Part shown: piece by piece, positions 38,132-51,566 of the stretch
How positions within the stretch are numbered: position 1 is the first letter of the stretch
Layout of the letters: each line of letters opens with the position of its first letter
Source: Lytechinus pictus
Taxonomy: Eukaryota
NCBI RefSeq assembly: GCF_037042905.1
Contig: NC_087245.1
Coordinates: 13,022,001-13,086,000 of the forward strand
Length of the DNA: 64,000 bases
Reading direction: 5' to 3'
The notes under the pieces: model-generated
The model's input: only the letters and a program-made list of their open reading frames with translations
Databases searched by the model: none
What the model was told of the DNA's origin: nothing
Program-made: the position numbers and the translations under genes

Positions 38132-40386
38132 ACTGAGAGGTGTGAAGTGATATGTTGATCATCTTGGCAGGAAAAAGAACTCTTGAGAAATTAGGGCGTA
38201 ACAATGATAACATCACAGCGACTTATTACTTCATCATTCGAATCTTCTCTTCATTAATTGGCATATTTCCTCTCCATTATCGATGTAGCGTGCACTGCGC
38301 CTCCACATGACTACTGTGCAATTTTCAATTATGTGCCTTGTTTCGAAAACGAAACAACGAAAATTGATATAAAATCTTCAAATCAGGGATGTTTTTTGGC
38401 TTAAACATGTTAAAGGATGCTTGTGTGAGTAATCTTCGCAATAAAAAAAATGAACATTGTAAGACATCTTACACGATATCATACAATATAGCAGAAAATG
38501 GCCTGGAATTGGAAGAGTCAAATCGCTAGCACACTTATAGTACACTTCAGTGTATTCAGAAGAAGAATCAAATAATCGCTTTGCATTATCATGGGCACAC
38601 ATCATAATACTCCAATTGGCTCTCAACGCATTTCCATACATAACTTTCTTTTGCAAGAAAAATTAATTTTAGCCAAGTTACTGGAATAGGGTATACCTGT
38701 ATCTTGATTTGCTATGAAATGATTATCATGCTATATGAACTACTCTTGCGGCAAGCATTCTTTCCTGATTATCCGTCAAAAAACAGTATCAATGTCGATG
38801 TTTGCTGACTTGAATGACTCGGGTGAAATGACTTAACACTAAAAGCAACATCTCCACAAAGCATATTAGAAATTCGACCGTGTTTCGGAATGCTAGCCCA
38901 AGTTTTCATTGCTACTTTTCGATTGTCCATTCGTGTGAAAGTTTTGTATCTTGTTACGCCCTCTCTCCATCTCATCTAACCCCAATTTTTCTCTATGATT
39001 CGCGTAGTCTTGGCCCCGTTGTCGCTATAACCCCGAAAAGCGACCCGTTGTAATACGCAGCTTAGATAAATAAAATAAATAAATGTATTCATGAATACAT
39101 ACAAAAATGCATACAAAAATGCACTTTTCTGAAAGGCTGAAAATCAGGTAACCCTTCTTATAATTTTATTACTACTCTTTCAGAAAGACCATATAACGTT
39201 TCCAAAATGAAGTAGGAGGGGAGTCTTAAAAAGTGTATATTTGAATATTATAACTGAGTTGTCATTAATCGTGTCAATACTGTTTGATGATTTGGTTCTA
39301 TACCAACAAATAACATATACAGTACTTCATATAGAATTTTATGATTGATTTCAATGTTCAAGGGTATCTATTGATTTTTAAATTGAGTGGTATGTTTCGT
39401 TACACTCCATTGTTTTTTCATTAGGTTACATCCTTCGACTAAAGTAAGGAGAGTATTGACCAATAAAGCGTTTATATTTCTACCAATTGCCCAATTATTG
39501 GTGTCTCCGGGGTTGTCTTTTGACCGAGAAACGTAGAAAGATAAAATGTCTGAAACAGTAGACTAGGATTGTTCCTTCTGCCCATGGGCGTCTGAACTTG
39601 AAATTGATCCCACTCTCATATGTCCTTTTGTTCGTCAACCAATCGGGTGCATGTGAATAATACGTCGTAAAACACACTGGTCATAAATGTTGCGAAGAGA
39701 GGGTCGACAATAGGTTGTCGTTAATCTTTGATTCATTTTAGATCTGGGAATTGTTGGTGTAATATTGATGGGGGGGGGGTGAAAGATCGATATACACATT
39801 CATAGTACGCTTATCAGTCACACCATAATTCATATACATATTTTTACACAAACAAATATATATATAAATCATGGTTTCCAATTCTAGTTAATCGATTTTT
39901 AGATAAATTTACTATTTAGCAAATTTCATACCTAAACTTAAATTCATGAAACTCACGTCACCTGACTCTCTGCTCTAGACAGTAGCAAACCCAACGTATC
40001 AAAATTTTTAGAAAATAAATCCGCCTTATTCAAACAACGTTGCTGGTATTTTTTCTTTGGTCTCGTCTGTTTTAATATCTATCTTTCCCCCTTCAGCCAT
40101 GTGCATTCTACACTCGTTCCACACATATACAAAACGATTTTTTTTCAAACTTCTCATCTCACTTCTAATATCCATTCTCATTCTTATCTACAAATTTTAC
40201 ACCCTTTTCATGGATCACTTATTATTCCTATTGCGAGAGCCTTCTCTACCGAGTCCACATCCATTTTCACCGGTACACCCGTCTTAACACTGCTTACCAC
40301 TATGGAGCATCGCTCAACTCCATATACCAGTCACCCGCTTTCCTCTCAACAAATTCTCTCCATATTCTTTTCCACACTTCTTTATG

Positions 40387-40529
40387 TGTGCCCCCCCCCC
40401 CCCTTGAAAATGACAACCTCTTTTTTTTTTGCTTGTCAAATTATCCCCTTAATTTTTGGTTAAAACCCCTTTTTTTCTTTGTCAATCGGTAAAACGTGCC
40501 GCTTTCGAAAAATCATGGATCTGCCCCTG
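40387..40529 (-). mobile_element. Partial CAGGGGCGGATCC-family repeat (related to 60151-60311)
   Basis: Ends GGATCTGCCCCTG and carries gtgccccccc and gcttgtcaaatt motifs resembling the 60151 copy. Confidence 0.45.
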
Positions 40530-41086
40530 TTTAAATTCACCGTTTCCCCTTCCATTTTGCACAAAATGGTATTCTCCCAACTAGCTCGCACCCGTGTTAT
40601 ACCGTGGACCTATACAGCTCAAATATCTTGTTCCTATATATGGTCGGAGCTACTACCCACTGTTGTAACCAGAATATTGAGCATCTTCATACCAGGGTAA
40701 TGGGAACTCCCTGTTCATAAATTGTTCCCAATCGCCTGCGTTCTATGAAAACTGTGATATATTGCGATATATATACCATGTTTGTTTTCATAAGGTTTAT
40801 CGCCATTGTGGCAAATATTTTCTCCTCGGTAATATAGACCAAATTCGACGAGTCCACTTTCATGAGTTTCCAATAACATCGGAAGAGGCACTGGCTATAT
40901 TTCATGAGCTATATATAAAGCTTGTCAAAGCGTAGATATTTCAATAATATCTTCATGGTTATAGCGTTAAAGATAACATTTTTATTGCACGTAGCTTCAT
41001 TTATTGGAGTAAACTTCCGGAAAAAAAAGTAACAATTACACAGTCATCAGATTTACTCTATGCACTTCATTCAATTACACATCCTG

Positions 41087-41308
41087 GATACGGTGGCTCA
41101 GTGGTTAGAGCGTCCGCCTTATGAGAACGGTTCAATCCCGGGCCAAGTCATACCAAAACTTTTTTTTAAATATAACATTTTGCCTTATGGCGCTCGAAGT
41201 TTCAATGGAGAAGGGTAATAATACCATAATGTTATGCAGGACCGGCTGGGAGAACAGTTCATAAGAGCTGAAGTGTTTACCCTTGGTGAAAAATTATGAT
41301 TGTTATTG
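41087..41308 (+). mobile_element. Decayed tRNA-derived SINE
   Basis: A box TGGCTCAGTGG, B-box-like GGTTCAATCCC, a deleted tRNA middle, a non-tRNA body and an (ATT/GTT)-like tail. Confidence 0.6.
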
Positions 41309-41420
41309 TACCCCTAAATTTATTCCTAATAGATTTGATCAGTTGATTTGCCTTTCATTATATTTAAATCGACTTATTAGAATGCTTTATGTTCTATACT
41401 CGCATAATAGTTTATAAATC

Positions 41421-42997
41421 GGTGCCAGGTAAAAATGACAGTGGCAAAATTGGCAGAGGTAAAAATGACAGACAGAGGTAATAATGGTAGAGGTAGAAAT
41501 GGCAGAGGTAAAAATTTCAGAGATAAAAATGGCGGAATTTAAAAATGGCAGAGGTAAAAATGGCAAAGGCAAAAATGACAGAGGTAAAGATGACATGCAC
41601 ATAACATGTACATAAAAAAGAAAATGAGGGCCTTTCTAGTCAATATCAGTCATAATTATTGGCCTTTACTTGAACGGAATCTTGTCGACGAAATGGGCTA
41701 TATGATCTGATTACATATTATTTGTGTTGTTTTTCATCATCTTAGGTCTATACTTTATCGCGCTGTAGCGCTGTCATTAACTCACTGAAATAGGCAAGTT
41801 CGGGAATACTTCGAACCACTTTCATAACTTGGATAACAAAAATAACAAAACGCTCTGTAGTAAAAGTAATTTTCTCTATTTCCACTGATCATAATGGATC
41901 CGAATAGATATTGATATCATGCCTATAGTTTAATATAAATGATGCAATTATAGGCCTAGCAATTATTGTTCATTTTTTAGAGCAATATCTCATTGCAGCT
42001 AGTCCAAGCTAGTCCATGAATTTGGAAATGTGTAGCGAATCAGGGAATCAAATTTATGGTTGTTAAGGTACTCGACGTGTTTTGAAGAGGAAGTTCGCCA
42101 AAACGAATAGTTTTTGGAAAAATAGTAGAAAAAATATATTGGTGAAGGTTTGAGGAAAATCCATAAAAGATAAAGAAAGTTATTAGAATTTTAAGTTTTT
42201 GATTTGTGATGTCATATACGAGCAGCTGCCCAATATTTTATGCACTACAAAATGTATACTTTCAAATTTTTCATGGTTCACGATTGCTGAAGAAACTTAT
42301 TTCAAGAACAGAATGGTTTAAAATGATTTTGTCTGTTGATATACTGAAGGTATAATAAAAACCATTTTCATTTTTTTAAGAAAATGACATTTGATTGATT
42401 TTTTTTATTACACCATACATGGGAAAGATGCTCACAAATGCCGTCACCATTAAAATATAAAATTCTGATAGCTTTTTAAATCTTTGATGGATTTCCTAAA
42501 ACCCTCACCAATATCATTTTAACTAATTTGTCTATTTTTACAATAAAGTTTATGTCAGGGCGAACCTCCCCTTTTAATTGATTAAGTACAATACTTGGGA
42601 TCCAAAGTGTGCTTCAAATTTGAATATTAGTAGAACGATTTGACATGAGAACTCCGTATATGTAAGTCCAAGAAAAAAAAAGATAACCAAGGGTTATCAA
42701 TTTCATAGACAGATCATGCAGACGATCTATCTATATTTTAAAAAATGCTACCCTTTCCATTAGTCCAACATTGTAATGTTAATTCTCTTCTCAGAACCTT
42801 TCTTATTTAATCTATGTACATGCGGGGGATTTACTCTGACATTTCATGGGGTTTAAGACCGGCCATTTATACCTCTATCATTTTACTATGCCATTTTTAC
42901 CTTTGCCATTTTTACCTCGCCATTTTTACCTCTGCCATTTTTACCTCTGCCATTTTTACCTCTGCCATTCTTACCTCTTCCATTTTTACACCGCACC
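41421..42997. mobile_element. Foldback (TU-like) element with inverted arrays of a 15-bp unit
   Basis: GGTGC...GCACC ends. (GGCAGAGGTAAAAAT)n at ~41427-41594 and its reverse complement at ~42862-42990. 8-bp flanks TATAAATC (41413-41420) and TATGAATC (42998-43005), one mismatch. Confidence 0.8.
42086..42572. mobile_element. Kolobok-type MITE (second family) nested inside the foldback element
   Basis: AGAGGAAGTTCGCC...GGCGAACCTCCCCT ends near TTGA/TTAA. Homologous along its length to 62737-63234. Confidence 0.65.
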
Positions 42998-43983
42998 TAT
43001 GAATCGTTATGTACTATAAGATACAAGATTCCCCCTATTCCAAAATAAAAATCCTCCTATTCACAAAATACATTCTTAAATGCACCCTATAAACGAAAGC
43101 AGTCCAACTGAGCATTCGATAAAAACAAACAAATCTAAAATTGCGTGAATATGATACATCGGATGATCCTTAAACCCCTAGTGACCCTTTCTCAGAGATG
43201 TTTCGTAAATATTTGATGACTGTTGACCTAGATGTTTCAATCAAATTTATTCATTTCTAAGGTAATCGTTAGCCAGAATAAATCAAATAATTGCGATGGA
43301 TTTATAATCCAGGAAACCGACTGCTTTCCATCTCATGATTTCTGAGGTTACTAGAGGGAGATGAATCCAGGCCACTGTGATCATGTTTCACGGTGTGAAC
43401 CATTAAGTTTCATAACAAATCTAGGGATTTTCACGTTAATACAGTTCAAGTGCATTTTAACTTATTTGACTTCCTGATAAATCATCATGTCCGATTCTAT
43501 GTTTACAAATGTCAAGCCTTTTTATTGTTATTCTTTCTCTTCATCAGACAATACATCGCAATTGGATGACAAAGGCTGACTGGATAATATATCCACCTTT
43601 CTTCGTCATCTATATTTTATACTTTCATATTATTGCTTCACATTTCTAACCTACAAAATAAATGCAATTTCCTCTCGTTACATTTGTTCCTATAAAATTG
43701 TACCCTAACTTAACCCAACATTAATCTCAGTCCTTTCTATCAAATTATTCTGAATTTTAAACCATTTCTTCCTGATCAGAGCCAAACTACCTAACGATAA
43801 GTCTGAAGAATTAGGAAGTGAACCGTTATCGCAGGAGAAAACGTCAGTATATGCCTCTGTGATAGAGGCTGGTCAAATTGATACGAGTGTATAAGCCACT
43901 ATTGCCTTGCACCAAAAATTATCGCATGATGAGTAAATCTGATATACTCCTTATAATGCCCTTACCCTTCATTTTGATTGCAG

Positions 43984-44210
43984 GTTAGCAAGCACAAATC
44001 GGATATCACTGGACAGAATGGGTCGTGATTGTAAGAACCTGTTCCTTACCAAGAAGCAGCAGAAACTGTGCAATAGAGATGATGGGATGGTTCTGGTTCT
44101 ATTGGATGCCTTCCGTCTCAGCCTAGCAGAATGTAGACAGCAGTTCAAACATGAAAGATGGAATTGCAGCATGACGAATGATGCTCATAGACTTAACATT
44201 GTGAAGGGAG
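43984..44210 (+). CDS. WNT9: Wnt9 exon 2
   Basis: CAG acceptor at 43981-43983 and GTAAGA donor at 44211; phase 2/1. Translates LASTNRISLDRMGRDCKNLFLTKKQQKLCNRDDGMVLVLLDAFRLSLAECRQQFKHERWNCSMTNDAHRLNIVKG, with the Wnt ECxxQFxxERWNC motif. Confidence 0.95.
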
Positions 44211-44427
44211 GTAAGACGATTAAATACTCTGTTAATTATCACTGAGCCTCCTGGAGATCGTAACCCAAGGAGTTGGGGTAAGAATCTGCTGGTGTCAAGA
44301 CCATTCTCGAGGCCGCATGTCCATCGTGTTAGAGCCGACTCATCGCGTTCACGTGCACAAAGTTTATGGGTTATTCATTCACCCTGTGCAGGTTACAACT
44401 CAGATCCACCGGTCTCGACTCCATCCC

Positions 44428-44560
44428 GGTCTCCACAAAGCTTAGCAATGATCGTACAATATTTATATATTTTTTACCATTGATTGCATTGGCTTTACAA
44501 TGTACAATAAATCGTGAAAATTCATCGTACGATTAATCGCTAATCTTTGTGTTACGGGAC
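44428..44560. mobile_element. ~130-bp foldback MITE
   Basis: cacaaagcttagcaatgatcgtac and gtacgattaatcgctaatctttgtg form inverted arms. Confidence 0.5.
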
Positions 44561-44563
44561 ACA

Positions 44564-44857
44564 GGGCCCGTATTCTGAAGTCAGGTTTAACTTTGGCTAT
44601 AATCCAACTCTGTGCTAAAAATTATGGAAGCCGAAGAGGAGATTTTTTGTTCGCGTTGAATGTTTCTTAGTGTTTACCATGTTCTTTAATAGTGACGAAA
44701 ACTAGTTCGATTTCATTGGCAAAAAGTATTTGAGTGTCCATTGAGCTAATGTAATGAACCTGTACGGTTAGAAATGTGCGTCACAGTAATTGGTTATCTA
44801 TACTTAACCAAAATTTCAGACCAGAGTGCAAATAAAATCCTTGTTCAGAATACGGGC
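44564..44857. mobile_element. MITE with GGCCCGTATTCTGAA TIRs (Harbinger-like)
   Basis: GCCCGTATTCTGAA at the left and TTCAGAATACGGGC at the right form a perfect 14-bp IR. Confidence 0.7.
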
Positions 44858-47779
44858 ATATGCTTGTCATCCCTTGGACCATTTTAAATGGATCAATACC
44901 CGATGGGGGAATTGTATGTCAATATATGACAGATTGCGAAGCTTTCGTGTCAGTCTCGCGTAGATTAAACGAAAAGTTCAAGTAGGCCTATTTGAGCTCT
45001 GAATATTTCAGTGGCCAGCCTTTTAGCTTTCGTCGCAATCAGAGCGGGAAAGCAAACTTTAAATAAAACTTCAAAATTTTGGTTGGAAATTCAGCAGACA
45101 TCATGTTCCGATAATTTAAGACATTAGCTCTGGGCAATTTTGGGGTAATGATTTATATATGTAGCGAAATAAGTCTCAAGTTCATTTTGAAAGACCTTAA
45201 TTTGTATACATTATGTTCTTGACATCTTGAAAGAGAGTGGGGAAAGAATTAGTTATGAAAAAAGTTCCTCGCATAAAATCTATTCGCAAAACTGAAAATA
45301 AATGATGTGGAATCATGTCTCGTAAAAAGAATGTAATTTGCTGATATAGTTCGCTTTGCTATGAAGAAATAGGCCTCTAATTCTACATCTACCTTAGATC
45401 GTTATGTTAATTATTCACCGCCTCCCCCTCCCTGAATTGACTATCAATTTCCAATTAAGATGAAGAAAGATTATGAGGGATGAGATTCGTCGATAAAGCG
45501 TGGGGAGGTAAAAGTGTGTGTGGGTTTGGGGTATGTGTGTGTATATGGGTGGTTGTAAATGCGTGTTGCCTGATTTGCTTGCGTTTAGTAAGAGTGGTAT
45601 CACGCGATACTAGATTGCCAATTTTCTATACTAAGCTTTATTACAAATTAATAAAAACGAAATTTAGCAACATTTATATGATGAATAAAGGGAAACTGCA
45701 TATTCTCTTGTATTTGTAAGCGATTTTGACATATATATTGGTTTACAAAGTAACTGATATGCCTTTGTTATTTTCCTCATAATCATATAAAAGTTTTTTT
45801 TTAAATATAGACGTCGTGAAATTGTAAAGTATTGGTTTTCTAGTTGGCATGAACTAGATGTTAGCATCATCTACATCCCAGAACACACATACAAAGAATT
45901 CCATTTCACTCGTGTCACTGCCCCTCCACCAGAATTTGGATTAAGGGATCTGGTTCGGATGATCCACGGGGTCTTACTAATCCACTCCCACAATTTAAGG
46001 ATTTAACTTTCGATGGCGGGCTGGATGTGAAATTTGCGCTTCTGTATACCGGCCAGACCGCCCGTTCGTTCGATCATGCAGTTTGATATTAAAGGTTTTC
46101 AACATCAACCATCATTGTTGTATCACGGTATAAACCAGCCATGGATAGAAAGTGGGTATGTAAGACCTTTTAAGAAAGCAAAACAAACAAACATTAACAA
46201 GCTAGAAAAAAAATCGAATGTTAATTAAATTTTGGAAGATGCCACAACGTTTGATGTACGATGCAAAACACTTCATGTAACGTGAAAAGTACATTAGGAA
46301 TAATAAAAGATTAAGAATAGTAAAAGTGATTTAATTATATTGACATGTATACTTTGCTTTTTATGATCATCATTTTGTGGCCATCATGATGTCTAATTTT
46401 GGTCACAATTTATAAGGAAGTGTTAACAAAAATTTTAATTTGTGTAAAGCAAAATATCAGTCGTCTCATATCATAATGTTTCTAAAGTTCACAAAGGAAA
46501 TAACTAAATGAAATATTAACTTTGTATGTAAGATCATGCGTCAGTGAATCATTTTAGTTTGTAGATGCTGGGTCGGATAGTATAGACCTAAATACCCTAG
46601 ATACTATGGGTCTCCCTTTAAGTTGCGTGGGATCGTAAATAATTCTACATATTTCCATCTTGATCCAAATGTAATTGAGTTAAGTATTTGGCATTAGGTG
46701 GGATTCCTACCCCACTTTGGTGTAGACCTTGATGAAATTGTTGTGGTGTCTGATCAAATAGCTGACATGTTCACATATATCTTCATTTCATTTCATCTCA
46801 CTTTTTATTTTCCTTGTTCTCGAAAGTTCCCCTTTTTTGCGTTTGAAATCACATCACATGTATACGTGCACTTATTTTTGCGTATGATGATCGTATACAT
46901 ATATAGCCTGAAGGCTTAGAATGATAATTGTATTTCAGTGTTAGCTTCTTAACCTGTAGGTGAAAAACACTATTGTTTCAGATAAATCCCTATAGCAAGC
47001 AAGTTTTCGCATTATTAATATCTCACTGAAATTTCTAAAACAGAAAAAGTGGATATCTTGGCCTTATTCTTTGGATGGCAGCATTAGAATGGGAGTAACG
47101 GTGACGATTGCCATTAACCTGTAGTGTGATTGCCAGTTTTGGGAATAGCATTCTAAAACTCAACTCTTTCTCATTTCAGATTCCAGAAAAATAGTATTTG
47201 AACTTTGGATTCGTGTTTTGAAATTAGAAATGTTAATTGAGTTCAAGAACGTTGGATGTAAAATAACAAGCTTGTTACCAGGGGCTCCTCCTGTCTCGCC
47301 TTGGAAAGGGGATTGTAGGCGTTGACAACTTGCACACCTCCGTCTTTCCGGTTTGGAAAAGAGAAATCATGATAGATTCATGACATATTGGAATAGATGA
47401 CACAAATACATTAATGAGGGGCTGCGTGTTGCAATGTTACATGGATTTTTTTCGATGAATTGATTTAAGGACATTCTGATTTAAACATCTTTCATCATGA
47501 TCTCTTTTTGCTACGTGACTTCCTGATCTAAATCGTAATGTATGTCATTGATCATTAGAAGCAGAAAACTGTTTTTTTTTTTTTACACAGAATGACAAAT
47601 GCAAAGCGTTTCTTATTCTTTTTGTCAATAATATTGTTTTCCATATCGGCCTTATTTTTACTCAATTTTTCATTATTGAGGAGGAAAATTGAATTTTTCC
47701 GACTTTGAAGCGAAAGATGGCTGATGTGTGATAATTTACATCAAAATTGGAGATTGTGGAAAAGTAAAAGATGATTGAG

Positions 47780-47990
47780 GATTAGAAGAAGAGAAAGGGG
47801 AAGAAGAATTTGAATTGAAGACGAAGAAGAAAAAGAAGGAGAAGAAGAAGAAGAAGAAGAAATATATGAAGATAAAATAGGAAGAGAGTGTGAATCGAAA
47901 GAAGAAAGCAGGGAGAGGAATATGAAGCAAGAAAGATAAAAGAAGAAAATGGAATAGAAAATGGGAGAGGGAGAGAGGGGTGAAGGGGCT
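47780..47990. repeat. (GAA)n / polypurine tract
   Basis: Directly visible. Confidence 0.8.
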
Positions 47991-50607
47991 GAATCGTATA
48001 AAGTAAAATTGTTTTTATAATTTCTTTATTCCGACTGAAAATGAAAGGGCAAGGAATTCACCAAGTATGCTCATATCCACCAGAGACCCTATCTTCCGAA
48101 TTTAATTTAGAATGAAATCAAAACTTCCTAGGAAAAATGACCACGAAGGGCAGAATGTCACAACATTTATCATAAAACAATCAGCAGCTATCCCGTGTCA
48201 TATGGAAATCATTTTGTTTTTTCTTTCTTTTCTTTTACATGTGGTCAGATTTATAGTCATAACAGTTTATTCTTCCAGTAATCACATTAAAATCCCCAGC
48301 GGAGGAAAAAACGTATTTATTGCACCCACAATAAGTGCAAAGTGGTGTTACTACAACCATAACCGTAATGAACATTTGTCTTTATCACGTGGGTGATGGG
48401 AGGGGAGGGGTACATGTGAGAGAAGATTTGGTTGTGCATGGATTTACATTAAACATGGCAAATCAATCAATTCAATATACTTCTTTTTAAACTCATGAAA
48501 AAATATAGCAAAGAATGTTTTGACCTATATGATAAAAAAAACACAAATTCCTTCGTATTCATTTTGAAGCCTCAAGTAGAATATAAATCGAACTTTAAAT
48601 ACTACGTGGTATATAATTGAATAAAAGCAAACAATCAACGTGTTTTTTTCTTTATCATTGATATCAGTTTGTATTGGCTGATAAAACGTATACAGTAAAG
48701 TAAATTTTATCGAAGGAGGTATGAGGAAAATATTTTAGAAATAATTATGTGCATATGTTGTGAGTAAATTGTTTCATGGATGGGTTATTTTTACGATGGT
48801 GAATCAAACCTGTGGTTGTTCTTTATAGTAACGAGGGAAGCGTTCATACGTGCGAATTTTCGCCATAATTTCGTTTATATGGACATTTTCTGACACGACG
48901 ATGTAAATTTCTTACTTTGTTTGCAAAAAAAGTTCTAAACCATATATTTTTTATGTAGACCTATAGAAAAAATTACATACATTTAAATAGACATCTTATC
49001 GGAGGAATGCAATTTGTATTTAAACACATATTATCTTGTCAAATAGACATGTATAGGTTGTTATTTAAACGAAGTGAATCTATTCATTTTGACAAGAATC
49101 ATCTGTTGTTTTGGTGTGTGTTTTGTTTTTAAATAAGAATGACTTTTAAGTACCTCTCATTTAAAGTACCTATCAAAATTTGAGTAAGTAGTTTTTAAAG
49201 TGTAAATAAACAGCAAAAAAAAAAAAAATACATGTACGTGATCCTGGTGGATTTGAATGGCAAACGTGAGAACATGGTCCTATTTGAACTCTGAAGTATC
49301 CCATTCCCACGTGTATGTGTACTCTCATGTAAAGGGGGTACTGAACTCACAAAAATGACCCTCGAGAATTATCATCAAACCTAACAATTCAAAGCAGAGA
49401 TTGTTGACTTTCTTTCCATTCATTGTAACTGCCATTGTTTTATCGGAGAAATACAGCGTTGTAGCAGTTTATTAGATGGCTTGATAACTTGCCAGAATGC
49501 TGAAATTATGATAGTATTTGCAGTGATCCTATAATCTTTCTAAGGATACAAGTTTAGGACGGACGAACGGCGAGCGAGGGGGGGGGGGGAGCATTAATAA
49601 ATGTTAACAGTTTCTAAAAAATATTGTACATCGGTATCATATCCTCCTCTTCTATATCTTCCTCTCGGTACAGCGGTTCGATTCATGAAGAACTTTCTAT
49701 CGTAACACTCTCATCGTGGCACCAAAATACCATAGAATGTTTGATTTTGATTGGTCGTATAGAGTCATGTTTCCTTACTTTTTCTTATGTAAGTTTTTAT
49801 GTATTCGACAAGGTAATGAATGTCACAAATATGTTGAAACACTAAAAGACTCAGTCGTCAGCTCAAAGGTAAGACCTACTCTACCACCAAGTACTGATTA
49901 CTCTCGCATTCCAATCGTTTCATTTAACCAGCCTTTTACACATATCATAATCTAATAATATGAATTCCCTCGAAATACGTAACTGGAACATTTGGTTTAA
50001 TTCTCTATCAAGGTTGTCTTTTCGAGCCAGGATTTACCCCTACAGTTCCCGCATACACAGAACCAAATGGCAATGTACTATGCCACATGTTATACTACAA
50101 GGTTAAGATTGTTGAACCAAACTATGCTGACGCCTCGTATAGTTATTACATACCCGTTATTCTGCACACTTAATCATTAGTGACATATGCTACGATATCA
50201 AACATTCAAGGAAATAAGAGGGGGAATGGCTATGGTTTGTCTGTTGTTTTCCGACAATATGAAAACACCTGGTTTCAAGAATGATCCTTTATTATGGCGT
50301 TATTACCGTATTTGTTTGATCATAACTAAGCTAGGACTAATAATTGAGTCATTTAAAACAAAGGTAAACGCATGCGGGAATCTATATCAAATTAAAATGA
50401 TTGTTTTATGAAAAATAAAGTTTCCAAGATATTATGATCGATTGATTGATTGATTAATGGACATTTATTGCTTACATGCGACTTACAACATGATACAGAC
50501 TAATTTCACACTACAAAGAAATGAGAGAAATGATTTGGAAACACGAACTTGATTTTGTAATCGTGACTTTTACAAAAATGATAAATAACATGTCAAAATA
50601 ACGTTAA

Positions 50608-50863
50608 AGGGATACTCCAGCCTGAAATTGGTATGAATGAAATCAAGAGCTTAGACAAGCAAAACACCAAAATTTCATCAAAGCGAATGGGAAATAACGA
50701 AATTATGGAACTCTATGTTTTGCATAATAAAAAAGAACATCAAATTCGAAATATAGAGGCACAGACAGACACCCAAGTTAAAAAAAAAAATCTATTTTTT
50801 TGAAGATGATTTTCATTTTGTTGTGTTTTGCTCATTTCATATAATTTTCCGGCTGGAGTACCC
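50608..50863. mobile_element. Degenerate Kolobok-type MITE (third family)
   Basis: TTAA-AGGGATACTCCAGCC at the left end and GGCTGGAGTACCC at the right end. The right TSD is lost. Confidence 0.5.
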
Positions 50864-51066
50864 AGAGGTCACTAACCCTGACCATGACAATGTGATAGTC
50901 GCTGGCGACCGGGAGAGGGACAGGCCTTCAATTACGATAACACCATTACTCTTTCGAATACATTGCTAGTTTTACAGCGATGATGATAAATCGAACATGG
51001 CAAAAATATCTCGAAGACCAATGAGAGGCACTGAGGCCAAACAATACGACATCTAAGCTTTTGGTA

Positions 51067-51259
51067 CACTCTAAAAAAGGGTTTAGCCAATATTGGGTAA
51101 AATGGGAACATGCATGTTTGTCGGGTAAAAAGATTATGTAAATTTTACGCAATATTGCGTTGAAATAGCCCACTATGGGTTATAAAAAATACCCAGCAAA
51201 CATGCATGTTCCCTTTCTACCTAATATTGGGTAAAATTTTACTTGGTGTTTTTAGAGCG
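51067..51259 (-). mobile_element. EnSpm/CACTA-like MITE, copy 3
   Basis: TA-CACTCTAAAAAAGG...TTTTTAGAGCG-TA; collinear with 26375-26569. Confidence 0.78.
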
Positions 51260-51537
51260 TAGCACTGGGTTGATATCTACCATCTTTTCATTTTTTTTAA
51301 ATCATCTTACTGTTCTGATATTCTTGTTTACTAAAGTGATATCAATTAAATCATTTAAATAAACATCAACCACGCATAGTAAATACGACTCGCGCGGTCA
51401 ATATAGCTGTTTATGCGTGCAGGTGAGAAGCTGATGATTTAATACGTCATAATTTTTCTTTGGTCGCGTTTAGATTCAATAATAGAGCAAACGAGTCTTA
51501 CACTCGGATGTATGTCTGATAATTTAATTGGGTTAAG

Positions 51538-51566
51538 CAGGGACGTGAGAGGGAGACACGTCCCTG
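51538..51566. mobile_element. 29-bp TIR-only element or transposon footprint with a 7-bp TSD
   Basis: GGTTAAG [CAGGGACGTG agagggaga CACGTCCCTG] GGTTAAG: a perfect 10-bp IR inside a perfect 7-bp flanking direct repeat. Confidence 0.65.

Noticed and set aside
41387..43002. Pentapeptide-repeat-like ORFs (41387..41602, 42814..43002)
   Set aside because: They are translations of the 15-bp arrays at the ends of the foldback element.
51538..51566. Intrinsic terminator hairpin
   Set aside because: Eukaryotic intron with no U-tract. The flanking direct repeat points to a transposon origin.
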